From a bacterium (GTDB lineage Bacteria > SAR324 > NAC60-12): a stretch of DNA of 52,459 bases. Made by a program: the position numbers and the translations under genes. The notes under the pieces are model-generated. The model did not search any database. It saw only the letters and a list, made by a program, of their open reading frames with translations, and was not told where the DNA came from. Positions 1-12,061 of this stretch are shown one piece after another. Positions within the stretch are counted from its first letter, which is position 1. Each line of letters opens with the position of its first letter. The stretch lies in the NCBI GenBank assembly GCA_965233585.1, contig CBDDTI010000593.1:1-52459 (forward strand), given 5' to 3'.

Positions 1-802
1 ATAACAGGCCTAGAAGTAGATCTTATGATGCTGTTTTGTCAAGAAGAAAGAGGCTTGTGATTTTACATCCAATTTTGAGGGGATTTGACCAATAAGTTCT
101 TTTTTCCTGGATATGATCATCGGAAATGGTTGATTGCGCACAGTATCTGATGTTCCAAGCAACTCAAGTAATCACTGCATGCATTTTGCGCATAATTTCA
201 GACGTTTCTTGTATAGGTCTGAGTGACGCTGACAAGTTTTTTTCTTTCCCGTGAATTTGTTAATTCAATAAGATCCAAACTGGCCCTTTGATATAACTAA
301 TAATGCTTAATGGGATTTTCTACCCTTGGTTAATAAGTTCTGCAGCACATGCTCAGGACATTTTAACCCTTTGAGTGCCGAGCACATCTTGTCTAAACGA
401 CCACAGAGATATAAACTGAACGACCGCAGTTTTACGTCTATTGTATATATTTTTTCTATATACTTACCCAAGCTACCAGGGACATATATATACGTCTTCA
501 TACAAGCTGTTTTGCCTTTTAACCAGGTCGTTCGCGAGTTGTCATACAGTAAAAAAAATGGAAAACTACTTTCAGTGACCACAGTAAACCCTCCCAATGA
601 CCGGGTAAGACAAAAATAAGCTTTGGTGAGGACGTATATACACGTGCATGGCATCTGAGCCTGGATTAAAGTACGTATATATACATCCATGGTCGCTAAA
701 TTACGTTTTTTGGATGCATATATACCATGTCCCGCTGTAGCCCCCTCTCCTTTGCCTGCTTGGCTAGTGTAGAGAGCATCATACCAACAGCTTTTCACCA
801 TG

Positions 803-2165
803 TACAGTGTAAAATATGATCACCATGCATGGTGAAAATACAACGTATGGCATATTTTCATAATATAATATAATTTATTTTAATATGACATATGTTGTAG
901 TTTCACCATTAACTGAATTAGGTTCTTCACCATAATTATCACGGTGAGAAAAAAAATTTATGTAGGGCTTTTTTTTTATTTTCACCGTGAAAAAACCATG
1001 TAATAGTAAAATGTAAACTAGATAATCCCTTTCCCTTACACCACTCAAGAAAAAGGGATTACCCATGCATGTGGACAGTTCTCTTGTACGGGGATTCAGA
1101 TATTCCCTATCTAAAAAGGAATTGTAGGAACCAGCCTTACTCAGGCTTCCTGCCTGGCCTGCAAACTGCTGTAATGCCTGTCCTGTTTCCACACTTGAGA
1201 CAGGAGAACCAGCCAGTCACCCAAGGCAAGAACGGTCAATGTAGAAGAGCAATAGATTGTTCAAACTTCATAGTACCTACTTTCCTCACACCTGGCCTAT
1301 CACCTTATAGCAAAAAAACTTGTATTTACTAAAATATTGAATTATTTAATATTTTTCTACTTTAATATTTACTCAATTTTGTATATTTTGTAAAAAAATT
1401 TTGTAGAAAGTATTTTTGAAGTAATTAAGTATTTCATTGCATAAATTTCATTAACCGAATCTTTAGTAGTGGTTCTTGCATAAAGACTGCTAGTGCCATC
1501 TATTGTGATAAATTGTGAAAAATTGAATACATTTTCACGATTTTTCCCTTGCACCCTGTGTAATAAATATATGGCAGTAGTGGTGTAAATACAAGAACCA
1601 TTACTAAATATCCATTGTATTTTTACTTTTGTGAACAAACTTACGCAATGAAGTACTTTAATTAGTTCAAAAATACTTTTTACCAATTTTTTTTACAAAA
1701 TTAAGTAAATAGTAAAATATCAATGCTGCAGTGAAATAAAGTAGAATAAATCATAAATATACAGGGTTGTGGACCAGACTGCAATGATGGCAATTAAAAT
1801 GGTCCTCACATTTTCTGTTGCATTCCATATTAAAGGGACTGGTTGAGCTATTTCTTTAAAGGAATGAGTATTCTTTAAAGGGACTTTTCCTGCCCTATAC
1901 TAACCGCATTTCTTGAATGGTTGCTCTTTAGAAAGAAATGTCTGAATGCCTACACGAGAGAACTGCCCGCACGAATAGATAATCTTATCTTTTTAAGTGT
2001 TAAGGAACAAAGATTATCTAGATTTCATGGTGAAAATAAAAAAGCCCTGTATAAAATTTTCTTCTCACCATGATAATTATGGTGAGGAACCTGCTTATGT
2101 TCATGGTGAAAATACAACAAATGTCATATTTTCACCTTGCATGGTGATCACATTTTACGCCTTAC
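803..2165. mobile_element. Degenerate long-inverted-repeat (foldback/MITE-like) element
   Basis: ~803-1120 is an imperfect reverse complement of ~1925-2165 (e.g. GTAAAATATGATCACCATGCATGGTGAAAA vs TTTTCACCTTGCATGGTGATCACATTTTAC); no coding signature. Confidence 0.5.
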
Positions 2166-2925
2166 ATGGTGAAAATAAAATGAATCCATTTTAACGCAAA
2201 GTGTGATGCACTTTTTGTGGTATTTTGTACTGTACGTTTGGGTACGTCATAAAATTTAGATTTGGCTGGAAATCTTTTTTTTCACCCCTTATGCGATGAA
2301 GAAATCTGATGAAAGGACGGAGGAATTATAATCTTAGATTGCTCAACGAAGAAGACGTAAGGACTATAGTCCTTGAGATTTTGTTACTGACTTAAGTCTG
2401 AATCATATTCTGAGATTTACTGACGAAGTAGACGTTTATCACAATATTACATTGTACATAAGAAAAACAAAATGGCTGGAAGTAGATCCATTACCTACTT
2501 TCCATGAAGTTATCACGAGACTTTAACCCTTGCAAGGGTTATCGCTAAGCGAGTGCAATTAGGAGGAAAGGAGCAAATTTGCTCCTTTTCTTTGAAGGGA
2601 AAGTTGAGAAATTGCATCGTTTAAGAATCACATTTCATGTCATAGCAAAATGAATAAATGGTCTTCTAATTCAATTATCTTCCTTAATTTAACAACTGGT
2701 CCCTTCACGGAATAGCCAAAATTTGGGCTCAATTGGGCCAAAAATCAGGCAGTTAAGAGCTCTTTGCTTTTTTAGAAAATCTCGTTCACAGTATGATTTT
2801 GGGTTTGATTATATAATCCTGAATTGCAAAAGGAAATAAGTTACATTAATTCAGGGCCCTATCCCAAATGTTTTTCTGTAAAGTTCAAGTTGCTGGCTGG
2901 CAGATTTTTACACATTCAACTTAAT

Positions 2926-3098
2926 GAACCTATTCATCTGAATTTGAATTTTTCGCAAATGTGTGAAAAATTTACAAAAACTGTGAAATTTTCACTCCTT
3001 TTGCTAATTTTTCACAACAAATTTCGCAAAAGGTGTGAAAATTTCACACTTTTTGTTAATTTTTCAAACATGTGCGAAAACTCCCGATGAATAGGTTC
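2926..3098. mobile_element. MITE, family A copy 1
   Basis: TIR GAACCTATTCATC...GATGAATAGGTTC; internal TGTGAAAATTT repeats; second copy at 20015-20214. Confidence 0.75.
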
Positions 3099-3749
3099 AT
3101 TCTGTTACCTTATATAATAGCAGAGGGATCTGGAGCCAACACATGAATGCACCAATCAAAACAATTTTTGGTAAAACGGCCTCCCTTGGGATCAGAGGAT
3201 CACAAAAAGTACAGTAAATTTATAAGAATTGTTTTTCAGTAAAAAGTTAGAAGGGTTTAGATTTCTCTGCATAAGCTCATTAAATAACTTATGTAGCGGT
3301 TTTCTAAGCCATCTAATTTTTTACTGAAAAACAATTCTTATAAATGGGGCGGTACAAAATAGACAGGAAGTAGGGGAAGCATCGGCCCTGTTGCCCTATC
3401 ACAATTTTTCTAAAAAATCATCATTTGTTTGGATTCTTATTACATGCACTCAATAATAAACTAAACACCAAATATTCCGGCTCGCTTCTCTGGGACTGAG
3501 ACCCATATTACCATAGTACTGTTATCATAACTAAAAATGTCAACGTAGTAAATACCTCTCTTTTTGCCTAATATACCTACAGTACGATGCCTCGCCTCCC
3601 TCGCCTTGAAATAGTGCTGCTCTTCATAGGTATATAATAATACTCTGTGCTGCATCCTCCAAAAAATCTGGAGAAAGTGAAGAAAACGTTATGACGATGA
3701 TTCGGTCGCCAAAAAAAAATGGACGATCTGAATGATTTGATGAAATGAA

Positions 3750-4247
3750 TCGCTGGTTTTGAGAGCAAAGAACAGCTACGTAGCTCAGAAATTAAAGAAG
3801 ATGGCCTACGTTTCATTGAGCATCAAAAAGAGGTGAGGTCGTCCAGGCAGTAGTCATCATTTTGGGGGTTGTTGGCCTCAGAAGAGTCAACAACGAACAG
3901 GCCGGATCTCCGGACATGAGTAGCGTGGCCTGTAGCTCTGAAATTAAAGAAGATGGCCTACGTTTCGTTGAGTGTCAACGTGACGATCATCAACCTCAAA
4001 GTCGCTGGTTTTGAGAGCAAAGAACGGCTACGTAGCTCTGAAATTAAAGAAGATGGCCTACGTTTTGTTGAGCATCAACGTGATGATCATCGATGATCAA
4101 CCCCAAAGTCGCTGGTTTTGAGAGCAAAGAACGGCTACTTAGCTCTTAAATTAAAGAAGATGGCCTATGTTTCGTTGAGCGTCAATGTGACGATCATCAA
4201 CCCCAAAGTCGCTGGTTTTGAGAGCAAAGAACGGCTATGTAGCTCTG
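3750..4247. repeat. ~100-bp tandem repeat array
   Basis: Unit TCGCTGGTTTTGAGAGCAAAGAACGGCTACGTAGCTCTGAAATTAAAGAAGATGGCCTACG... recurs near 3750, 4001, 4108, 4208; partial copy near 5268. Confidence 0.85.
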
Positions 4248-4443
4248 TTGTATAAGATGATAGGCACGGTGCAAAGTGATATAAAATGTACAGTGTAAAG
4301 ACCTGTCCCTCCAACACTTAAGTTCCTAAAGTATCGCTATGAAAGCTTTCAGAGTCAAATCACTACTAAACTATATTCTCTCTTCCCCAATATATATAGG
4401 TAGTCTATTACTTTCCGCACCGCTCGTCAATCGCCATTTCCAG

Positions 4444-5200
4444 CTCGTCTTTGTCGCGGGCACACGCTCTCATAGAAGTCGACGAAGATGGGATCGTGAC
4501 GTTGAAAGATTGCAATTCCCTGAACGGGTCTTTTAAGGGAAAAATCAAAATGAAGCCTCAAGTTCATTACAGTTTGGAGGGCGGAGAAGTTCTCAGATTC
4601 GGAGAGGCTGTTTTTAGATCGACTGTTTCTTTCATTCCGGAAACGCTGTTTAAAACCCCTTTTTTCCGAAGGTGCTCAAAAATTCAAAGTTCCGGAATCT
4701 CCTCTTTCAACCGACGATGATTCGTTGATCGCTGCGACCCAAGCCACGCCTTTGCCGACCAAAAGGCAGAAAGGGCAGCCCGGGGTGGCCACCCAAGTCC
4801 TCCAAAGTCTGGTTGAAAATCAAGATTCCATTTTTGACCTGGAAACTCAATCCGCGAAACCGTCGAAAGAAAAATTTGGCAGAGAAACCATGGAGCTATT
4901 AAACATGGAAACGCAAGATCAAAAATACAAAGAGGGAGGAAACTTAAAGCTCCAGGCAAAACAGGTGGTTTTCAGGGAAAAAGACCACTTCTTTTCCGAC
5001 TTTCTGTCTTGAACCAGAAAAAGCCAAGGGTCGAGGAAACCGCCGGCAGAAAACACTGACAAGCAAGCAAAACCGTCTCTTCTCTTTGTTTGCTTGGCCT
5101 TTGCATTACCGGAGTGGATTCATCAGAAGAGAGAGAATGCCGTGATGCAAACAGTCTATGATGACGAATGATGGTGATGATGAAGGTCACCTTGTCACCT
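4444..5200 (+). pseudogene. MDC1: MDC1-like FHA-domain gene fragment, frameshifted
   Basis: After acceptor TTTCCAG (4443): SSLSRAHALIEV...LKDCNSLNGS...LRFG (FHA SxxH and NG motifs), followed in another frame by TQ-rich text (AATQ, ATQV, LETQ, METQ); frameshifts and stops. Confidence 0.55.
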
Positions 5201-5587
5201 TGTCACCTTGTCCAGGGGGAGTATCCGATCTCGTCTGAGGAGATGGAATGTGCTGACTCATAGATCCTATAGCTCTGAAATTAAAGAAGATGGCCTACGT
5301 TTCGTTCCCAGGGGAAATGAAGGCTATTTACGACGTGAATTGATATATCAAGTTATAAACTCGTGTTTTAGAGAAAACTTAGTACAAATATATTTTTAGA
5401 CAATAAACACTTCATGTATATAGGTGGGAAATCAAAGATACCTAACAGTCTCTTCTGGGTCTTGTCTTGGTTTGCTGATCACGCTCACTTCCCAGTTCAC
5501 TAGTTTTTGGCCTTCCTATCAATGATCGTTTAGAACTTTAAAGCTGTAAAGGCCAAATTTCCAGGCATGACAGTTTCTGTTTTTAAG

Positions 5588-5999
5588 CGACCAACCAAGT
5601 TCAGGCAGTAGTCGTCGTTTTTGGGGTTGTTGGCCTCAGAAGAGTCGATGACAAACAAGCCGGATCTCCAGATGAACTTTTTGGTCGTGGCGTGGAAAGG
5701 CAGTAGTCGTTGTTTTGGGGTTCTTGGCCTCAGAAGAGTCGACGATGATTAGGCCGGATCTCCAGACAAACTTTTTGGTCATGGCGAGGAAAGTTCAGGC
5801 AGTAGTTGTCGTTTTTGGGGTTCTTGGCCTCAGAAGAGTCGACAATGATCAGGCTGGATCTCCAGACAAACTTTTTGGTTGTGGCAAGGAAAGTTCAGGC
5901 AGTAGTCATCTTTTTTGGGGTTCTTGGCCTCAGAGGAGTCGACAAAGGCCAACAACTCCAAAAATGACAAATACTGCCTGAACTTGCGTTGGTTGGTCG
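5588..5999. repeat. ~100-bp tandem repeat closed by an inverted partial unit
   Basis: AAGTTCAGGCAGTAGTCGTCGTTTTTGGGGTTCTTGGCCTCAGAAGAGTCGAC... near 5597, 5698, 5791, 5891; inverted copy 5946-5999; same unit also near 3845. Confidence 0.8.
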
Positions 6000-6899
6000 T
6001 AATTTTTTTCGGCTTCGAACCTTCGAAGTTTTTTTTGGATTTTGGAGTTTTCCAGTCAACCACGTTCAGCTGAGCTCTCTTCGCAGTCCTCTCTTCCAAG
6101 TTAGAGAGGTAGTTGTTGGCCTTAGTCGACGACGAAGAGGCCTGATCAACCACGTTTAACTTGCTTGTGATTGGCGTATTGGAATTTTTTTCAGCTTCGA
6201 ACCTTCGAAGTTTTTTTGGAGGATGCCGATCCGGCGATGGAACCACATTTTTTAAATTTCATGAAACTTATCTGATTTGTACCTTAAATTTCTCCAATTT
6301 TTAATATCAAAAAATTTTTTTTCTATTATGTAAAATGTGAATATTTTAAAATGCTCTAAAGGTTTTATTAAAGAAAAAATTTTTTATAATATATATATAT
6401 ATATTTTTTAAATTAAGTAACAGAGGCTTCTCGTCAGCCAGCGGCAGGCCAAAAGTCCTCCACCAATATGGCGACCGGAAGTGACAGTTTGGTCACGTGA
6501 GTGAAAACGATCTATATCATATTAGTCTGGTGGTACAGTTGTTATGTGGGAATGTTGCTGAAATCGGCAACTGCATGGCATTTGAGCTCATTCTTGCTTG
6601 GCTGTGGTCACATCCGACCAAGGACTGAAACCCCGACATTTATGAATCTGTTTGGCCGTCCATTCCCAGCCTATCTATCATGCATCATTTACCTCAAGAT
6701 TACTCCTGATGATGTGAAATTTAGAGGGACATAATTTTTGACAGCTAGGTTCATACGAATTGGACTAAACATTCTTGCTAAAGATTTGGCTGACAAATAA
6801 AGGTTGATGTTCTTACACCCAATACGGATTAAAGTTGGATTGTGACATTGTATTGACCTCTAGGTTTAGCAATAATTGGCGGGAAATCCTTTTACCAAA

Positions 6900-7163
6900 A
6901 AGGTCCGGACTAATTTAGCGCACCTGATTATAAGCCGCACCCAGTAACATTTTTAAAGGAGACCTTGTTTCATCCATACATAAGCCGCACCGGACTATAA
7001 GTCACATGTGCACCTCATTGAAACATTATATATTTAACTTCTGATTGAGTCCAGTTCACTGGCAGAATTGATCCAAAAATACGCCTCATCAATGCACAAG
7101 CAGCAGAAGTTGACATAGTGTGGGAAAAATTTTACGCCTTCGATAGTCCGATAATATACGGTA
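6900..7163. mobile_element. pogo/Tigger-like non-autonomous remnant
   Basis: Repeated ATAAGCCGCACC motifs and terminus-like ATAGTCCGATAATATACGGTA, resembling Tigger-type ends. Confidence 0.35.
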
Positions 7164-9279
7164 TTTGGCCCATTCCAGTGCTTAATGGGCATACCTAGTG
7201 CATCCAGTCTTATAGTAGCATCTATTAATGGTCGTAATTCAGGAGAGATTCTTAACTCTTGGTAGATGGCACTGGGAACCGCAGTACTAAACAAGTTAGT
7301 GACATAAGAATTAAACCCATTTTTTACCGACCAAAATGATGAAAAAATTAATATGTTCACATAAATAGCGAGTTTCTTGAAACTATTCAAATATTGGCCA
7401 TTATCACAAGACCAGTCTGAAATCAGGCCCTTGTAATGCAGTCCAAGCAATTCTGACACTAAATAGTCGCGGCTTCACCGTTTGACCGCACTCGGAACTT
7501 ACGCGTGCTGCATTTGGCAAACTTGCCGCATGTTCAGCACCATCTCTTGCATTTCAACTGAAACATTTAAATGGCCATTAAATTCTGTAATCAATATGGG
7601 CCAAGCACAGAATTGGAACTTTCCAATTAAGCTGCGATTGCGTAGGGAAGCTTGTGCGTTACCCATGCAGTGATTAAAAAGGTTTCTGACTATTATATGC
7701 TGGTTCCGAGAGACTTTTTCAACTTTCTCCCCCACTTCCATTGGGGTGACAGTAGCGGCCTGAGCTAATGAACATTGGAACTTTTCAGTGCTCATAAGTG
7801 ACGCCAGTGAAATCTTCCCATGGCAAAAGGCAGGAAGTAAGAGTCAGCTGTGCTGCGGGAATTCTGTGGTTGCGACGCACCAGTTATATCTTCACGCGAT
7901 CGCGGCTTTTACCTCGACTGCACCATAGTTGCTTCATATGTCATTGTGACCATGTTCTTTGGTCACGCTGACACATTGGACTGTGAGGGTCAAAGCGAAA
8001 GAAAAACCAACTTTTTGGTTAACGACCATTAGGCACAAAGAAGATCTTAGGTCAGCTGTCATCTGTCACACATTGGAATTATGGTCTGAAATTGTCAGGA
8101 CCAATTACAATTGGTAAAGGATTATCAAAATTTGGTAAACCAAGAGTAACCAAAATTGGAATTGGTCACCAAATTCGTGACCCCAATTTTTGATCAAACC
8201 CAATTGCCTTATTGATTCCATTTGGTCCTTAAACAGATCCAGACAAGCCGCTATTTGGTCGCCAAATGACATTTTTTCAGGCTAATACATGTGCTACCAA
8301 AAATAAAAAACCAGAACTTAGTCTTGGGCCTAGTGCATCTTTTGCAAGCCCCTTATTACCCTACTGTCAAGAAAAAGTGTAAGCTTTCAGCCCAAGGAAC
8401 ATCGGTGCTACCTCCTGGTATGCAATATTGCTCATGCGATCTCAGTTCAGCACATTTGTACCACCCTACTCAGTAATTCTCAGGTTATGGACCTTGTGTA
8501 AAATTAGGCGATTTTAAGCTCCCCTGCGAATAATAGATAACTAAGCAATTTCAGTTAGCTTTAGAGTTGTCAGGCTCGTTGCCGAATGCGAATGCGAGGC
8601 AACATACTTTTTGAGCTCGTGGACCCAGACCTAACTGAAATTGTCTTGATTTTTTAGGTTAGGCTAGCTCACGCGTTAGCCTCGGTTCAGGTCAAGTTAG
8701 GTTCGCGTTAGTTTAGCGTTAGAGTAAGGGAATAATTTCCGGATAGATAACAGCTAAAACATTTTGGGTAAATAATGAGTACCCCATCCTAAGAAAAGTG
8801 AGGATCGCATTTACCAAAGTAGAATCACTGGTCCACGAGACCGCATACTTTTTAAGTAGCCGACCATGGAAATCTGTTGGATCATTAAGATTCAGTAAAG
8901 ATGCACCAGTGTAAGTCTCAGTCGATAAAATGATTTGATCAGCGTTCGAACCGGGGGTAATTGTATGTTCGCGCATGATGCTTGAGGACCTTTTGAACGT
9001 GGGACTTAAATAGGTGCATACAGTAATAAAAAAGTTTTAACGTGTTCGACAGTGGGGGAAATTGTTGTTCCCTGACCGCGTAGAGGACTTTAACGCAAAG
9101 GGGTTTAAAAAGGCGCTCAATCATAGTTTTTTACACCCCTGAAGCGGGGGATACTGTCATTCAACTAAAGATGTCAAAGCGGGGGAAATTTGTAGGGTAT
9201 TACATGATGAACCTTGTGGAAGCTACGATCGAAAAAGTCGTAGTATGATTCGTGCCTCTAATCACTTTGAATACTTGCT

Positions 9280-9932
9280 CGGAGATTCTAGGTCTTAGGA
9301 ACTGGTTTTTTAAGTACTGTATAATAAAGAAATTGCATGACAAGATCACAACAGATTACACCTTATTACTGGGGTTGTGTAAAAAACACTGGGTCAAATA
9401 TGGATTTGGCACTATCTCTCTTGCCTCATTGGTGGTGAATGGAAAATTTTGTTTGTTGACAAATAAACAAGTCTTTGTTTGGGTTATATCTATGCTTGGC
9501 CTAGTGCCTCTTGCACAACAACTGTACTAGTATAAATAATGATGTTGACAGAAAAACTGTGAAGTAAACCATCTCTGTTCTTTGAGTGTGTTGGCAGCTT
9601 GGTCAGCTGTAACAGCTTTTTCCACCCTCAAAAGTGAAAAGTACCTGCTATTCCTGGGGTTGTCCAAGAAGCATCAGGCCAAACATAGATATAACCCAAG
9701 TAGAGACTTTTTTATTCATCAACAAGCAAAATTTTCCATGCACCACCAGTAAGGCAAGAGGACCAAGTGTCAAATCCATATTTGTCCTGGTGTTTCTTAC
9801 ACAATCCCATTAACATGGTGTAGTCTGTTGTGATCTTGTCATGCAATTTCCTTATTATACATAAGTACACAAAAAGCCAGTTCCTAAGATTTAAATTCTC
9901 CAAGCTTACATGAGCCATGGCAGGCTTCCATT
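9280..9932. mobile_element. MITE family B, 5'-truncated copy
   Basis: Closely matches 17379-18060; retains right end CCATGGCAGGCTTCCATT. Confidence 0.75.
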
Positions 9933-11518
9933 CCTTCCTTCTGAGTAGTAAGGATTTTTAGAATAGAGGCTGCACAACCTATATTTTTTACATACAATTT
10001 ATTTAATTATTTTATCAAGAGTTTATCTGTTGTAAGCTTGTATTTTTATGAAGATATTAGCCATTTGGATTTTTATTTGATGATATAATGTTGATACAAT
10101 TCTAAATTATGATAGATGGAAGCAAATTTTGACAATTAGCACCATCTTATGATCGCCATCAGCCTTATGAGTCATGAAAAAAAGCTGAAAATCATTTATG
10201 GAATTAGAGATTGATGTTTGGGACGTTTGTTGGAAGGTCATTTGCTGGATAAACATTTGCCATGGGGACGTTTGATGGCTGCCCATCAACAGAGGAGCTT
10301 CAAACAACCAAAAGGAAGATTTGCTAACTTATGTAGGTCCTCCAGAGCCAACAAGGGGACTTGCTGACAACAAAGAATACTCTTTCATAACTCAGTGAGC
10401 CCTGCCAAAAATAGAATTGCTTGGCCCCAATTCTAAGTGGCCTTGCTGAAAGGAGAAAAAAGGGCTTGGCAACAAGATAAAAAATAATCAATCAATCTGG
10501 GTCGACTGGGATATTTTATTGACAGATTCGGAGTGGCAAAAATATGATAATAGCAAAAAATTCATGATTTATTCACATTAAGAGAAAGAAACACCAAAAG
10601 AAACTAAAATGCGACCATGTTCAACAAAAGCAAATCATGATCTTTTTCAAATATACAACAGTGATATTTTTAAAATTTTTATTGATATACTAGCAGACCC
10701 GTTGCTGCGCTATGCTGCTGCCTGTTAAAAGCCCTAAAAGGCCTCACCATCTTACAGGTAAACATCCCTCTGGCAAACATCCTGCCAGCAAATGTCACTC
10801 CAGCAAAACTACAGCTCTGGGGTTTTTGCTAATGAAAATTTCTTTCTCTTCACCCCCTACCCTTATCGATTAACCAACTTACCACAACTGATCAAGAAGC
10901 AGCTTAAAAGGGATCATGCACCTTGGCGTCTGGGAAAACTGCTTAATCTGTTTTGATTTCCTTACAAATGCGCACCGTCGACCCATCCCATGCATAGCAA
11001 TCAAAACAAAAACACAGGAACCGGTTACTTAATAAATTAACAAAATTGAATAATTAACATTATTTTAATTAATGAATGGCTAATTTTTTTCTGCCAGAAA
11101 CCATCTTCAAGGCTGCCTGAAACTTTGCAGATAAATGAAATTACGATAGGCCTTTAGCGCCTTGTGGCCATCGATTACAAAGAAATTGATTTTGCTATAT
11201 ATATATATATATATATATATAGATATTTTTGCTTCTTTGAAGCCTCCAATAAAATTATGTATTATATATAGAAAACTCCAAAATATATACTTCATTGTCA
11301 AACAAAGATTAAAAAGGACCTTATGATAAAATGATGCTGATGATTTTTTTTGTAATTGCTTATTACAAATTGTTTGTGCTTGGTCCTCTCGAAAGCCAAA
11401 ACAATGTTGGAAATTACGATTTCCATGCAAAGTTTTCAGATTTGAAAACTATTTCATGAATCTGGCCATCCATGGTACTGAGCAGTCCATGATTTTACAT
11501 AATTGTTAAATTACACTG

Positions 11519-12061
11519 CGTTGTTTTTAAAACAGGTGACTGTGTTTTTTGCAGAAACCACTCAGTAGATTCTCATAAAAACAACTGATATCTGTTCATG
11601 TTGGCAGGACCCATCTTTTTTGTTTAATGCTTCATTCTTAATTACCTCTAATTACCTCATAATGTGACCCCCTTGCCATAGACCTCAAAAATGGAGGACA
11701 TGATGGTAAAAGGTTGTTTATTGGTATAAACAGCTTCCCGACAGGTCCAGTAATTGCTTCCAACAAGAATTGGAGCATTCCAATTAAATGAACAGTTGTA
11801 ATTGCATTTTGAAATTCTGCTTATTACATGATCAAGATTCGAGAGAGACTCCTTCCTCTCCTCCTTTCCTGTTATGTAGTCGGGAGTTGTGCTTGTAGAA
11901 GTTGGTTTTTGATCAATTCCAAGTGAAATATTGGACCAATCAAGTTCAAATTAATGCAGAAGGTGCATGATGTATGTAGGAATGATTGAAATAAGGTCTC
12001 TCAAAATATTACTGAAGAGTTTTCATGAAAATTACAGTAACCTGTTTAAAAAAACAACACG
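11519..12061. mobile_element. MITE family C copy 1
   Basis: Ends GTTGTTTTTAAAACAGG...CCTGTTTAAAAAAACAAC; reverse-complement copy at 15211-15746. Confidence 0.7.

Noticed and set aside
3750..5999. CRISPR-like array
   Set aside because: Units are ~100-bp tandem repeats without unique spacers; eukaryotic context; no cas genes
6461..6500. ATGGCG/CCGGAAGT/CACGTG cluster as a host promoter
   Set aside because: No associated gene or exon identified; short motifs alone are insufficient
8630..9250. AGGTT-type repeats and adjacent ORF fragments as telomere or gene
   Set aside because: Repeats are few and degenerate; ORFs lack recognisable motifs; probably a transposon remnant that I cannot classify
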